Shown piece by piece: positions 26,815 to 39,200 of a stretch of DNA of 64,000 nucleotides. A program made the position numbers and the translations under genes. The notes below the pieces were generated by a model. It did not search any database, was not told the origin of the DNA, and saw nothing but the letters and a program-made list of their open reading frames with translations. The stretch is from Callorhinchus milii. Its lineage: Eukaryota. The stretch is taken from assembly GCF_018977255.1 (NCBI RefSeq), contig NW_024704742.1, positions 67,458,001 to 67,522,000 of the forward strand, read 5' to 3'. Each line of letters opens with the position of its first letter. Positions within the stretch are counted from its first letter, which is position 1.

Positions 26815-27185
26815 ATGTGTTTGCCTCAGAGTCAAAAGGTTGAGCTCATAAGCTGACACTCCATTTCAGTGCTCGGGGAACACGGCACTGTCGGAGGTTC
26901 CATCCTTCGGATAAGACATTAAACCCTGTCTGCCTGTTCAGGTGGGCATTAAAGATTCCAAGACACCATTGGAAAAGAGAAGAGAGTTTCTCCCAGTATC
27001 CTAGACAACAATCCTCGAAACAGAATTGGTCAGTGACTTCATAGTTATTTGTGGGACATTAACATGCACAAATTTGGTTTCTGCGTTTGCCTAAAAAACA
27101 CTTTATATAAAAATTCGTGATTGCTTTGAAATATTTTGAGAATGTACTAATGCGTCGTATTAAATGCAAGGTTTATTACTAGTAT
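26815..27185 (+). mobile_element. SINE type A
   Basis: Matches type A. Confidence 0.8.
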
Positions 27186-27581
27186 TAGTGTGACAGTACA
27201 CTGTACATCATGTGAGCTTCCTCTCTGTTTGCTCTCTCTCTCTGTCGCTTGACACACCAGAAAGATAAACAAGAGGAAACGCTGTCACAACAGGCAAAGA
27301 AAAATCAACATGCACAAAAGAACAGTTAATCATTAATCAAGTCAGCCTCCGATGAATTCAGTAGATGTGATAAACAGCAGCCGTGCTTGTGAGTTTTTGA
27401 CTCCAAACACTTTACGTTTCCCTATCAGACAAGCGCACGGAACCTGCTGAATGTTTTCATGCGATGCTATCAAAATAACTTCTGCAAGGTAGAAAACACT
27501 TTGTTTTGTGTTTGGCAATAGTACAGGGCACCATCGGGCCCTTGTTAAGAGTGAACCTTTACCAGAGTCCTTTATCAGCCT

Positions 27582-27945
27582 GAGTCCTGTAGCATATTGG
27601 TTAAAGCACTCGCCCCGCAAATGAGAGGACCCGAGTTCAATTCCCAGGCTGGGCAAAACCTTAGGTAACTTTTCTTACTCCACACATCTCTGTTTACCTA
27701 GCCATAAATAGGAACCCAGTTGTTAAATCGATTATTGGCAAATCACTTTCCTTGGGTAATAATCCCGCAAAAAAAGGTTGGTCACACAATCCACTACTGT
27801 TTGTGGGACACTGCTGAGTGCAATTGGTTGCTGCATTTCACCCACAAAATATGCAGTCAATCCACTTTATAATACTTTCTGTGAAGAGCTTTGTGATGGC
27901 TCATCAATATAGTGATAAGGCACTACATCAAATGCAAGGATTATT
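27582..27945 (+). mobile_element. SINE type B, full length
   Basis: Matches type B. Confidence 0.9.
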
Positions 27946-29004
27946 AATATTTCAGCGGAAAAGGTAATGAACCGATTTGCTAATGTCGTGTCAGCCTGAC
28001 TCAGTTGGTAACACTCTCTGAGCCAAGAGGTTGTGGGCCCAAGTCTCCACGTTAGGACACTGAGCTCACATGCTCCAGGCTGATACTCCAATACTGTGCT
28101 GGGGGATTGTTACATTGTCGGTGGGGCCCTTGAGAAGTGCCATGGGGTCTTTAACATCTAGCTCAATAAGCAGACGGGAGCTCAGTTTAATGTCTCAATC
28201 GAAGAACGTCACCCCAAAATTGCAGCACTTCCCCTCCACTACATTAAGGCATCAGCCTAAACTGTGAGTTCAAATTCCTGATATGAGGCAGTGGGGCTTG
28301 AACCCACAACCTTCGTCTCAGATGCCAGAATGCTATCAACTGAACCAGGCTGAAATCTTTAGAAACTCGATTTTAATTCGGAAGCCTTTTTTTTCATTTC
28401 CTGCAGTCCTTAAAAAGAAACCGGCTTCCAAAATAGCAGAGAATTTAATAATTTACGACAATCTCGTGATGACTTAAATTTTAAGACAAATGGTCATACT
28501 AGCTAAGACTAGGTGGAATTTGAGGGCTTCCGAGTTAGTTAATTCTGAACTGGTTTATCATCAGCATCCCTTGTTCTGTTTTTATCTTTTTTTCCTGTTT
28601 ATTTTATTTCTTTGCTGAGAACCATGTGTGGGTGTGAGTGTATGTATGTGTGTGTGGGGTGTGTGGGGGGGTGAAGGGCTGCCTGTGACTAACAGTGCAA
28701 AGAAAACTGAATCAACGCACTGTTGTTATAGCAAAGTGTCTGAGAGAAGCACTCTGGGTTACATTCCTTGGGCCACAGAAGAGTTTAAGAGATAATTTGA
28801 TTGAGTGCTGGACGAATGCTGCATTCTCGGATGTGCCATCCTTTGGATGAGACATTAAACCGAGGCATCGCCTGCCTGTTCAGTTAAAGAGACCACCGCT
28901 ATTTGGAAAGAGAAGGGAATCTCTCCCGGTGTCCCAGTCAACATTGCCCGAAATAAAATTGGTCATTCTTTTCAAATTGTGAGGATATCACTGTGCAAAT
29001 GCTG

Positions 29005-29318
29005 TATCACATCTTTGAGACGTCTCAAAGCGCTTCACAGAAAATATTGTAAAGTGAATTGACTGTATATTTTGTGGATGAAGCGTGGCAGCCAATTGCA
29101 CACAGCAGTGTCCCACAAACAGTCGTGGCTACATTTTTCTAAGGGATTATTAATCCCGCAAAGTTAAAGTCAACCAACTAATAACTGGGTTCCTGCTTAC
29201 TGCTAGGTAAACACAGGCATGTGGAGTAAGGAAATTTTCCTAAGGTTTCGCCCGGGCTGGGAATCGAACCTGGGTCTTCTCGCTTGCAAGGCGAGAACTC
29301 TAACCACTGCTCTACAGG
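29005..29318 (-). mobile_element. SINE type B
   Basis: Reverse complement of type B. Confidence 0.88.
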
Positions 29319-29614
29319 GGTTAAGTAATGCAGAGATTTGTCTGCTCCTCCGCAGAGCCCCAGCACTCTGAAGGGTTTCCAGGAACATAGAACTGCTTGA
29401 ACGCTCGATGACAGACTGAGGAGCCAAAGACAAAGCCAGAAATATTGGCTAAATGAATCTGTCACTGAGGCCCATTTGTAGCTGTCAGTACCTGGCTGCC
29501 TCGCCTGGTAGAGGGGCACAAAGCGAAAGGCAAACCTGTTCAGCCGTCTGAAGCAGGTCAATTTACTGGTGAGCCCAAGTTCAGTCACCGCTTCGGCAGT
29601 TATGACGAACAAAG

Positions 29615-29900
29615 CAATCTCTCTCTCTCTCTTTTCACTCTTCTTTCTCTTTCCATATTTTTCCTTTCTCACTCATTGGTTCTTTCTCTCTCTTTCTCTA
29701 TCATTATTTCTTCCTTTTCCTCATTCGTTCTCATTCTTTCTATCTCTCATTCCTTCGCTTTCGCTCATGCTCTAATTTTCATTCTTTCCCCCCTTTTCTC
29801 TATCTCTCTTTATATTTCTTTCTTACTCTGCTGTTTACTCTCTTTCTAATTTCTTTTTTCACTCTTTCCTTCACTCTCTCTCTTGCTATTTCCTCAATCA
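29615..29900. repeat. CT-rich polypyrimidine low-complexity tract
   Basis: About 280 bp dominated by C and T on the + strand. Confidence 0.85.
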
Positions 29901-30651
29901 TTTTCCCACAAACTGCATCTGCCATTGACTGACTCATTAGCAGAGCAACCTAAACTGACTGAGCAATAATCTCATCATGTTCCTACGTTATGTTCCTATC
30001 TGGTAATCAAAGGTATCACATCGCCATCAACCCTCTCGTCCAATTTGTCTCTCGAAGTCCAGGGAAGGGACACCATCAGAATCTGGTATTGATCACTTCA
30101 ATTTATTTTTGGGACTAGCCACTATCTTATCTTCAATAGGGTTAGGATATCACTTCCCCCTTCCCTCACCCCCCAGTGAAGCCAAGGGACATCTGGTATC
30201 CATCACAAAGCCCAAACCACCAAAAGCATGATTCTGATTTCCCTCCACACTCCATTGGGCTCGGTTTCGTTCGGGTGTTTTGGGAAAGGTTTCAGCATAT
30301 GAGGACACAAAGAGAGAGATACAGAATCCTGTTACACATCCTGTCGATCAGAGATCCCACCCAGCTCCTAGACCGAGGCTGCTTTCTTAGGGCTTCAACC
30401 CAACTGGCCCCCAGGTCAGGGGTGCCCCTGCCTCGAAATGTGGGTGAGGAAGAGGTAGAGAAGAGGACAGAGAGAGGGAGAGTCGAGAGGAGGGGCTTGG
30501 AATAACTGGGACTGCACACTCGGCAGCCCCCTGGGAATTTTCACTTGAATCCACAACAAGATTGGATCAAGTGAGGGGATTGGCGGGGTGGGGGGAGGGT
30601 AGTGGGAAATGGAGTTGGGGGGAATGAAGGCAGCTTTAGCAGGAATGAAAT

Positions 30652-31024
30652 GGAATCCCATAGAATAGCGGTTAGTGCGCTTGCCTCACAAGAATAATAA
30701 CCTGAGAGGACCCAGGTTCGATTCCCGGGCAGGGCAAAACCATAGGCATGTTTTCTTACTCCTTACTTGTTTACCAAGCAGTAAGTAAGAATCCAGTTGT
30801 TAGTCGATTGATGGATTGCTTTTTTGGGGTAAGAATCCCTCAAAGAAAAATTTGGTCACTCAATCCACGACTGTTTGTGGGACACTGCTGTGCGCAATTG
30901 GCTGCTGCGTTTCACCCACAAAATACCCAGTCAATTCCCTTTACAATATATTCTATTCTGTGAAGCGCTTTGAGACATCTCAATGATATGGTAAGGCACT
31001 ATATCAAATGAAAGGATTATTATT
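30652..31024 (+). mobile_element. SINE type B
   Basis: Matches type B, with a short insertion in the head. Confidence 0.88.
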
Positions 31025-31349
31025 GTTAATGGTAACCTGATAGTACAATAAGAACAAATGGCTCAGTTAGTTGGTAGCCTCTGAGTCAGATAATTGTGCG
31101 TTCGAATTCCCACCCTCCCCACTCCAATTTGATTACCCAATAAACATCCTCTCCCCAGAGATGCCCCTCCTTCCGTGGAGAGAGATCAGAAAGGGCTGGG
31201 GAGGTGCAACACCATTGATTGACAAGAATAATCTAGACAAACACGCCAGGGTGGGAACTGTTGCAGTGAGGCCGTTATTGGGACGTCAGGGATTGAATGT
31301 CCACTGGGGTCTATTCAGCCGCTCACCCTTTGATGGGTGCAAAATTAGT

Positions 31350-31806
31350 CAGAAGGTTGTAAGATCAAGCACCATGTCAGAACACGCATAGTCTCGACTT
31401 ACACTCCAGTAAGGTGTTGGGGGTTTTGTTGCATTGCAGAGGTCTGTCCTTCAAATGAAACCTTAAACTGAGGTGAAGGTTAAAGATCACATGGCACCAC
31501 TTGAAAAGAGAAAGGAGTTTTTACTGGTGTCCTGGCCAACAATCCCTCCCCCGCAAAGAAAAATTGATCACTCAATCCGTGGCTGTTTGTAGGACACTGC
31601 TATGAGCAAATTAGCTGCTACATTGGCCTACAATGTACACACTCACTCCACTCTAAATTCTCTGAAGAGATTTGAGCTATCTTCCCAAGATTTCACCCAC
31701 AAAATAGACAGTCAATTCACTTTACAATATGCTGTATATTCTGCAAAGCGCTTTGAGACGTCTCAAAGATGTGATAAAACATTATATCAATGCAAGGATT
31801 ATTATT
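31350..31806 (+). mobile_element. SINE type A with duplicated tail
   Basis: Matches type A. Confidence 0.8.
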
Positions 31807-33435
31807 AGGATTATTATATGAATCTCTTTGGAGACTTACCCAGTTCACAGGAAAAACATCCAGTGAAGCCAGTAATAGGTTTGTGGTCAAACCAGCTTCT
31901 CTGGCTCATCAAAGAGACCTTGGAGGTGTGACATGTTCTCAACACTGCGAGGCAAAGCTTTGATGGCCAGAGGCAGCTCCAGCTGTTACCAATAAGCAAC
32001 CCACCTTTTGGTTTTCTGCACATGCCTGGGAAGCTCGGAGATTGAATAACGTTTTGCCGATGATTTTCAGTGATGAGGTACAAAATGTTTTAAAACTCAT
32101 CAGCTCCTCATTCTTTGTGGTTCATTCTGAGCTACCTCCTGTTGCTATAAATTGTGTGCACCAAGTCCTGTTACCTTCATGTTTTTTACATAGTGCACAT
32201 TACGGCCTGAATGTTAGGTTGGCAGAGGTGGGATAAGAGGGAGTGAGGAACCTTCGCTTCATAAACGCAGAGAAAAAAATTAAATTCAATAACTAAGGAA
32301 TTCATTCAGGACGTTTTCTAGTGGAGCAGGGAATGGGGCTGGGTGTGGATGGTGGGGTGGGGGCTGGGTGTGGGTGGGGGCGTGGGGTGGGGGGGGAAGT
32401 TGAGCAAAACCAAGTTTTTTCTTAAACTGGCAGAGTCCCACAATTTCACACCAACTGACAATCTTTGAGCTAACCAGAGGATCAATGCAGCTTAGCATTG
32501 TATTGTTCAGAGGTGTGCGGAGGCGGGAATGGTCTCTGTTCAAATCATCCCACAATTGCGTTGGAGATTTACAGTAGAAATATGGTCTTGGGCGATCAGA
32601 GGCTGCTCCATGCTTCAGACTGTAATTATGCTTGTTAGTGGATTCCACCAGCTACAATTGTGATTTAAATAAGGATTACACGACTGAATGGAACAATTAT
32701 AGCGCTGAGATTCTCATGTATCCTGCCCAATGTATCCTTCCCCTCCGTGATTGTGTATCCAGCAGGGAAGGAAAAAATCCCAGATGGAATAATAATACGT
32801 CTTGCATTTGATACAGCACCTTATCATGTCTTTGAGACGTCTCAAAGCGCTTCACAGAATATACTGTAAAGTGAATTGACTGTATATTTTTATAGGCGAA
32901 AGGTGGCAGCCAATTGCGCACAGCAAGTGTTCCACAAACAGTCGTGGATTAACTGACCCTTTTTTTAAAGCAATTATTACCATTGAAAAAGCGACTGCTG
33001 GAATAAGGAGAGGCAGAGCAGACTGGCAGAGTAAGATCTATACAAAAACTTAAGATCCGAAGGCAGCATAATTTTGTTAGCTATTACACTGATTGGAGCC
33101 AAGACGGAGTTGTTCCAAATACATATCTCTGAATTTAATAAACTTTTTTCTTTTGGCTTACTTTGTAATTTTTTGATCCCGAATTACTTTGGATCAACCA
33201 GCCTCGCTGAAACAGTATAACTATCCTGTAATACCAACTTGCGTTTTTTTTAATAGGATTTCTAACATGGAAATATCTCCCAAACATGGTTACTATTGAG
33301 CAAAGTGACTGCTTTTCTGGGCAAATAAAAGTCGTTCTTCAGATACATTTTTAAAACCAGAGCTCGGATTTCAACTTGAAGCACTTATGTCTCTCCTATA
33401 ATACTTCTGAATATTTTATAGACTATTCAGAATCC

Positions 33436-33740
33436 TATAATCCTTGCATTCATATTGCACCTTATCACATCACCTAGACATTTCAAAGTGCTTCATAAGA
33501 CTGTGTATTTGTGGGTGAACCCAGCAGCCAATTTACACACATTAATAATGTTCCACAAACAGTCATGACGTGAACGATCAGTTTTAACTGGGGGATGGTT
33601 GTCCAGGACACTGAGAGAAACTCCCTTCTCTTTTCGAATTATGCTGCGGGATATTTATCATCCACCTGAACAGGCAGATGATGCCTCGGTTTTAACATCT
33701 CCTCTGATGCCCCACATTACATTGTTTTGCAGTGTCACTC
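33436..33740 (-). mobile_element. SINE type A, partial
   Basis: Reverse complement of the type A body and tail. Confidence 0.8.
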
Positions 33741-36700
33741 GCTGTGAGCAAATCATTTGATCAATTTTCTTTTTAAGGAATTATTACCCTCGGAAAAACA
33801 ATGTGCCAATTGGCCAACAACAATGTTCCTACTTACTGCTCAGTAAGCAGGGGTTGTGGAGTAAGCAAACTTGCCTACGATTTCGCCCTGCCCGGGAATC
33901 GAACCCGAGTCCTCTCGCTTGTGAGGCGAGCGCTCCAACCAATGCGTTGCAGTACTCCATGTTTAATGTTGCAGGGCTCTCCACCGTTAATAAGTTCTAT
34001 TCTTATTGATGAAGGGCGTCAAAAATCAAAGAAAGACAATTTTATAAATTGCTGAACAAGTCAGGAACAACTCAGGATAAGTTTGGTGAGAATCGTTCTC
34101 CTCTGACTTCTTCTCATGCCTGTGCAGGGGTGCTGAGGGAGGCGTGGTGAGGAGGGGGTTGTGTGTGGGGGGGTGGGTGGGAGAAGCATTCTTCTATCTT
34201 GTTTCTGCCTCGGCTTGGACACAGATTAGGTGGATGTGGTGCATAGCACAGTCTTCCACAGACACCTTATCACACAGGAATGAAGGCAGGGAGGGAGTGA
34301 AGGAGGGAGAGAGGGAGAGAGCCATACAAAGATAGCCATGAACTGAGTGATCTCACTTTGTAACTTGATAAAAATCATTCAGGGCAAAGTCTGCTCAAGA
34401 CAAACTCACAGGAAAAAAACCACAGTAACCCGTTCTCTTGTCATGGTAGGTTTAGAAAGAAGAGAGAGATTTCAGATTGCATTGGTTGTAAAAGGAAGCT
34501 ATAATTTCCAAACCTTGAAACAGCAGGAAATGTCTTTTCTGCCACAGTTCAAGTCAGGTAAAATGGGACGAGAAGGACCAGGGTTGGGGAATAGTGATTG
34601 AACCACATTTAACCCAGCTCCAACCCCCCCCCCACTCCCGCCCCCAGCTTCACAGTCACTCACTGTCGTAGTTGGGCTTATTCTGTTTTTTAATACAAAC
34701 AGGATTTATTGGTCTACAAATACACAGTAATAATTGTAATCCTTGCATTTGATTTAGCGCCTCTTCACGTCAGTTCAAAGCACTTCACAGAATATACTGA
34801 TAAAATGGATTGACTTGTGTATTTTGTGGCCGAAACACGGCAGCCAATTTACAACAGTCATCCATTTTACAGTAAATCCTACAAAATGCTTTGAAACAAT
34901 TCAACATTGCAGGTGTTTTATTGAACTCAAGGATTATTTGTTAAAATCCTGAGTTCCCCCACTTTCCCCTCCTCCCAGCTATTCTCCTCCCTCCACCATC
35001 ACCTGCTACTTTGCAAATGTAAGTCTTTTAGGCAGGATGTGACTATTGAAAGGTCACCATTCCACCAGCCTCAAGAACAAATTCAGCAACAACAATGTAC
35101 ATTTCATACACTTTCCCAATGTGAAAGGCGGTGTGAAAGTGTGAATTATAGTGTGTGTTGTATATATAGCGCCTCATATAAGCTAGGATGTCTCAAAGCA
35201 CTTTACACAGATGATTGGGTGATGGGGGGGAGAGATTGCCGAAGGCTGTGTCAAAAAGACAAGGTGAACTTTAAAGGTGGGGCGGTGGCGGAGGGACAGA
35301 GAGCGGGGGCAGAGTGGCTGAAGTAGGAAATATGCCGGTGGGAGCAGTCGGGGTGGTGAGGTCACAGAGGTAGCGGGGGGTGAATTTGAACAGCTTGAAG
35401 CAAATAGAAAAATATCACTGAAACTTATGCTTGAATGGCTAAACTCATAAGAAGGAACAGGAGGCAGGACTTCTATTTGAATAGTGCCATGAGATCACCT
35501 AAACAGGCAAAGGCACTTCGGTTAATGTCTCAACTGAAGGACACCTCAGATGAAACAGCTTTCCTCCAGCACTACACTGGAGCGTCAGCCTAGGCTGTGA
35601 ATTCAAAGTCCCAACGCAGGGCTTGAACCCGCAACCTCTTGACACAGAGTTGAGAGCTACTGACTGAGCCTGGCTGAACACTTTAGTCTCTGACCAGTCA
35701 TTGGGGTCAGGGAATCCTCCTATTCAGCTCCTGTTGAGCTTGCAAGCCAAAGCCCTAAAGGTTAGGGTGTTCCTAGCTGGACAAACAGCAGGAAAGCTTG
35801 GCAGGCAGTGCTATCAATGGCAAGCTATGCGATTTTAGCTGGTTAGACTCCAGCAATTACCGTAACACACACCCTTGGGTCCCCAAGCCTTGGCTCTTAC
35901 CAACCTGTGCCTAATACTTTCCGGAATTAGGTAAGCGGGATGTGTCCCTCCAGAGAGAGTCCGCATTCCATTCTAACAATCTATCTCTGGGATTTCCACA
36001 TGCAGGTGGACGCATGCAATTCTTAGTTTGGTTTGGATATTCTTAAACATGGTGATGGGTTTCCGCATGTGTCAGACACTTTACTGTTAGTAACTGGAAG
36101 CAAATAGGTCAACATAAGTTTGCACATTCACCCCTAGAGAACCTTCACGCTTGTTCGCCAGCACAGAGATAAGGAAACAAAATAAAATGACTCCCAACAG
36201 AAGTCAAGCCAAGGCCACAAGCTATCTGAGGCTTCAAAGGTAGTATCGGGGAGGGCGGTCTGGCAGTGAAGGCCACAGGTGAAGGGAATAGGCCGAGCGA
36301 GGATGCAAGGACGCAGTGAGCCCTTATCTCTCTCTCTTTGTTTATTGAGCCCGCTGGGGGGGTGGGGGCTGGCAAACGCCGGCCTGACATCCACACAGGC
36401 AGAGGCCTCACACAGCGATAGCGGACAGTAAACAACAGCTGGCCAGGAATGTAGCCAAAAAGAGGCAAAGTGATTTATGAATGCATTTGCATGTTTAAGG
36501 GGTTTTCAATGCGGAGTCATTCATTAAAAATAGAAGGGCACTTTCAGCTGAAGGGAGTGGAACGCAATCCACTTGACTCTGGAGACCAGTGATGGGGCCG
36601 TACAGAAATAAAATGCATGTGTTATCCTGGAGCTGGGTTATATGGGGCCTTTGACCGTAAATCCGTCTCAGGCTTGGGTCAGGGTGCAGCTCCATTGGCA

Positions 36701-36805
36701 TCACGTGTGTCCGATCACCTCGCCCACGTGGACACTCATGTTTGGGCCTGGATGGTGAATGTCCAGGGAGGGAGAGCGGGGGAGGGGGGGGAAGGGTGGG
36801 TATAA

Positions 36806-37142
36806 AAATAATAATAATCCTTGCATTTGAAATGATGCCTTATCATGTTTTCGAGTCGCCTCAAAACGCTTCACAAAATATACTGTAAAGTGAATTGATT
36901 GTATATTTTGTGGACCAAACGCGGCAGCCAATTCCTTACAGCAGTGTCCCACAAATAGTCGAATTATTACCTCCATAAAAGCGATCTGCCAATCGACTAA
37001 CAATTGGGTTCCTACTTACTGCTATGTAAGCAGAGGCGTGTGGAGTAAGAAACCTTGCCTAACGTTTCGCCCTGCACAGGAATCGAAGCCTGGTCCTCTC
37101 GCTTGCGAAGCGAGCGCACTAACTAATACGCTACAGGACTCC
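36806..37142 (-). mobile_element. SINE type B
   Basis: Reverse complement of type B. Confidence 0.9.
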
Positions 37143-37971
37143 ACATTTTCTTAAAAGCCCAGATAGATGCTGGCAGAACTTGTTACTTTCTCCTACTGGG
37201 CAACAGAAATCCAGAGGAAAAACCCGAACCGCAGGTCGCTTGTAATGTAAAGTTAAAAGGCTTTTGTGCATAGATGCTTACAATGGGCATCAAACAGTGG
37301 CTTAAAAACAAAGGGAACATTCTGGTTCTCTGAAATGTTTGGGTAGGTTAACTGATCCAGAGTGACCTCAGTTACTTTTCGCAAAGCCCAATGCATTGGG
37401 GCTCTTATCTCTTTCCCCCCCCACTCCATCACCACCATATCCACTGTCCCCTTCCCATCGCTCTCTGATTACTGCAGGGACACTGCTTCTCCCTCAGTGA
37501 AATGCAATATGAATAGAATAACACCGGAAACACTGCTTTCAAAGATAATTACAACCAAATCCATGTGTAATCTGGTTTTGGACTCACTTCCCCCCACCCC
37601 CCCGTACCTCCATAGAGAACGTAATATTTATAATAGTTATCGTATTTTTTAACAGAGTTTTTCAAGTATGGTGGGGGTGGCTGGTATATCTTGAAGTGTT
37701 TTGCAGGATTTTACTTTAATATATAGTGACCCAGTGTCCTGGCCTCAACCATCCTTCCTACCAACCTGTTCCTGTCATTAATTACACTCTAGGTAAATAA
37801 AAACTTCTTGGTGTCTATCCTGAAACAGAGCAATCCTGAACTTGTGTTCTCTTGTTCTGTCACCCTGGTATGCATCTGAAAGAGTCCATATCCCATTTGA
37901 AGGGCTCCATATAAATGCAGGTTGTCGTCATTGTTGTTGTATCAAATGTAAAGGATAATTATTTTTATTGG

Positions 37972-39200
37972 TCCGTGGACCACTCAATCCTCCTCCACCG
38001 CCTCTCCTCCCACCTCAACCATCAAGGTTCTGTCTTTGACTGGTTCAGGTCCTACCTTTCACACCGCCTCCATTTCGTCATGGTAAACGGTTTCTCCTAC
38101 AGCCCCCGCACCTTCTCTTGCGGTGTTCCTCAGGGGTCTGTCCTCAGTCCCCTCCTCTTCACCCTCTACATGCTTCCCTTTGGTGACGTCATCCGCAGAC
38201 ATGGGGTAAATTTCCACATGTATGCGGATGACACCCAACTCTATCTCTCTGCCTCCACCCTGACCTCCAGGACTACTGAGGTCCTGACCGACTGCCTGTC
38301 CGACATCAAGTCCTGGACGAGGGACAACTTTCTCCAACTCAACGTCAGCAAGACCGAGGCCCTCCTGATTGACTCGCGCCAGCACCTCCGCACCTCAGGC
38401 GTTGGCAGCATCAGCCTCCACGGCTGCACACTCAACCTCACTAAGCCAGTCAGGAACCTGGGTGTCTTGTTTGACCCTGAACTGTCCTTTTTCCCCCACA
38501 TCCGCACCATGACCGGCACTGCCTACCACCACCTCCGCAACATTGCCAGACTCTGCCACTGCCTCACCCCTCAGGCTGCCGAAACCCTCACCCACGCATT
38601 CGTCACCTCAAGGCTCGATTACGGGAACTCCTTCCTCATCGGCCTTCCCAACTCTTCCTTTCACAAGCTGCAGATCATCCGAAACTCTGCAGCTCGTGTA
38701 CTCTCACGCACCGGGCCCCGTGACCCCATCACTCCCACCCTCGCCCGACTCCACTGGCTCCCCATCCCCCAGAGGATCTAGTTCAAGATCCTCATCCTCC
38801 GCTTTAAGGCCATCCATGGCCTTGCCCCCTCCTACCTCTCTGACCTGCTGACTCCCTACCAACCTGCCCGCTCCCTCCGTTCAATTGGCTCCAGCCTGCT
38901 CCATGTCTCCTGCCCGACCTGCCCTACCATCAGTGGCCGGGCTTTCAGCCTCTCTGCCCCCACACTCTGGAACTCCATCCCACGGTCCCTTCGCCTCACT
39001 TCCTCCCTTGCATTCTTCAAGGCCGGTCTCAAGACCCTTCTCTTCGACCGTGCCTTTGGTCTCCCTCCCACCTCTCTGCCTTCCCTCTCCCCTACACCAC
39101 CACTCCCCCATGTTCGGGCCCCGACATCTGACTGTTCAGCGCTTTGGGACATCTTCCCGATGTGAAAGGCTGTCTATAAATGTAATTTTGTTGTTGTTGT
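37972..39200 (+). mobile_element. 5'-truncated L2-clade LINE (ORF2 reverse-transcriptase C-terminal half and 3' end), inactivated
   Basis: ORF 37915-38781 contains [36 protein letters not shown] and LHWLP motifs. TAG at 38779-38781 replaces a Glu codon present in the 4.4-kb copy. Ends ...TATAAATGTAATTT(TGT)n. Confidence 0.95.

Noticed and set aside
37915..38781. 288-aa RT ORF as a functional or domesticated gene
   Set aside because: 5'-truncated L2 with a premature stop; its start codon comes from unrelated flanking repeat sequence.
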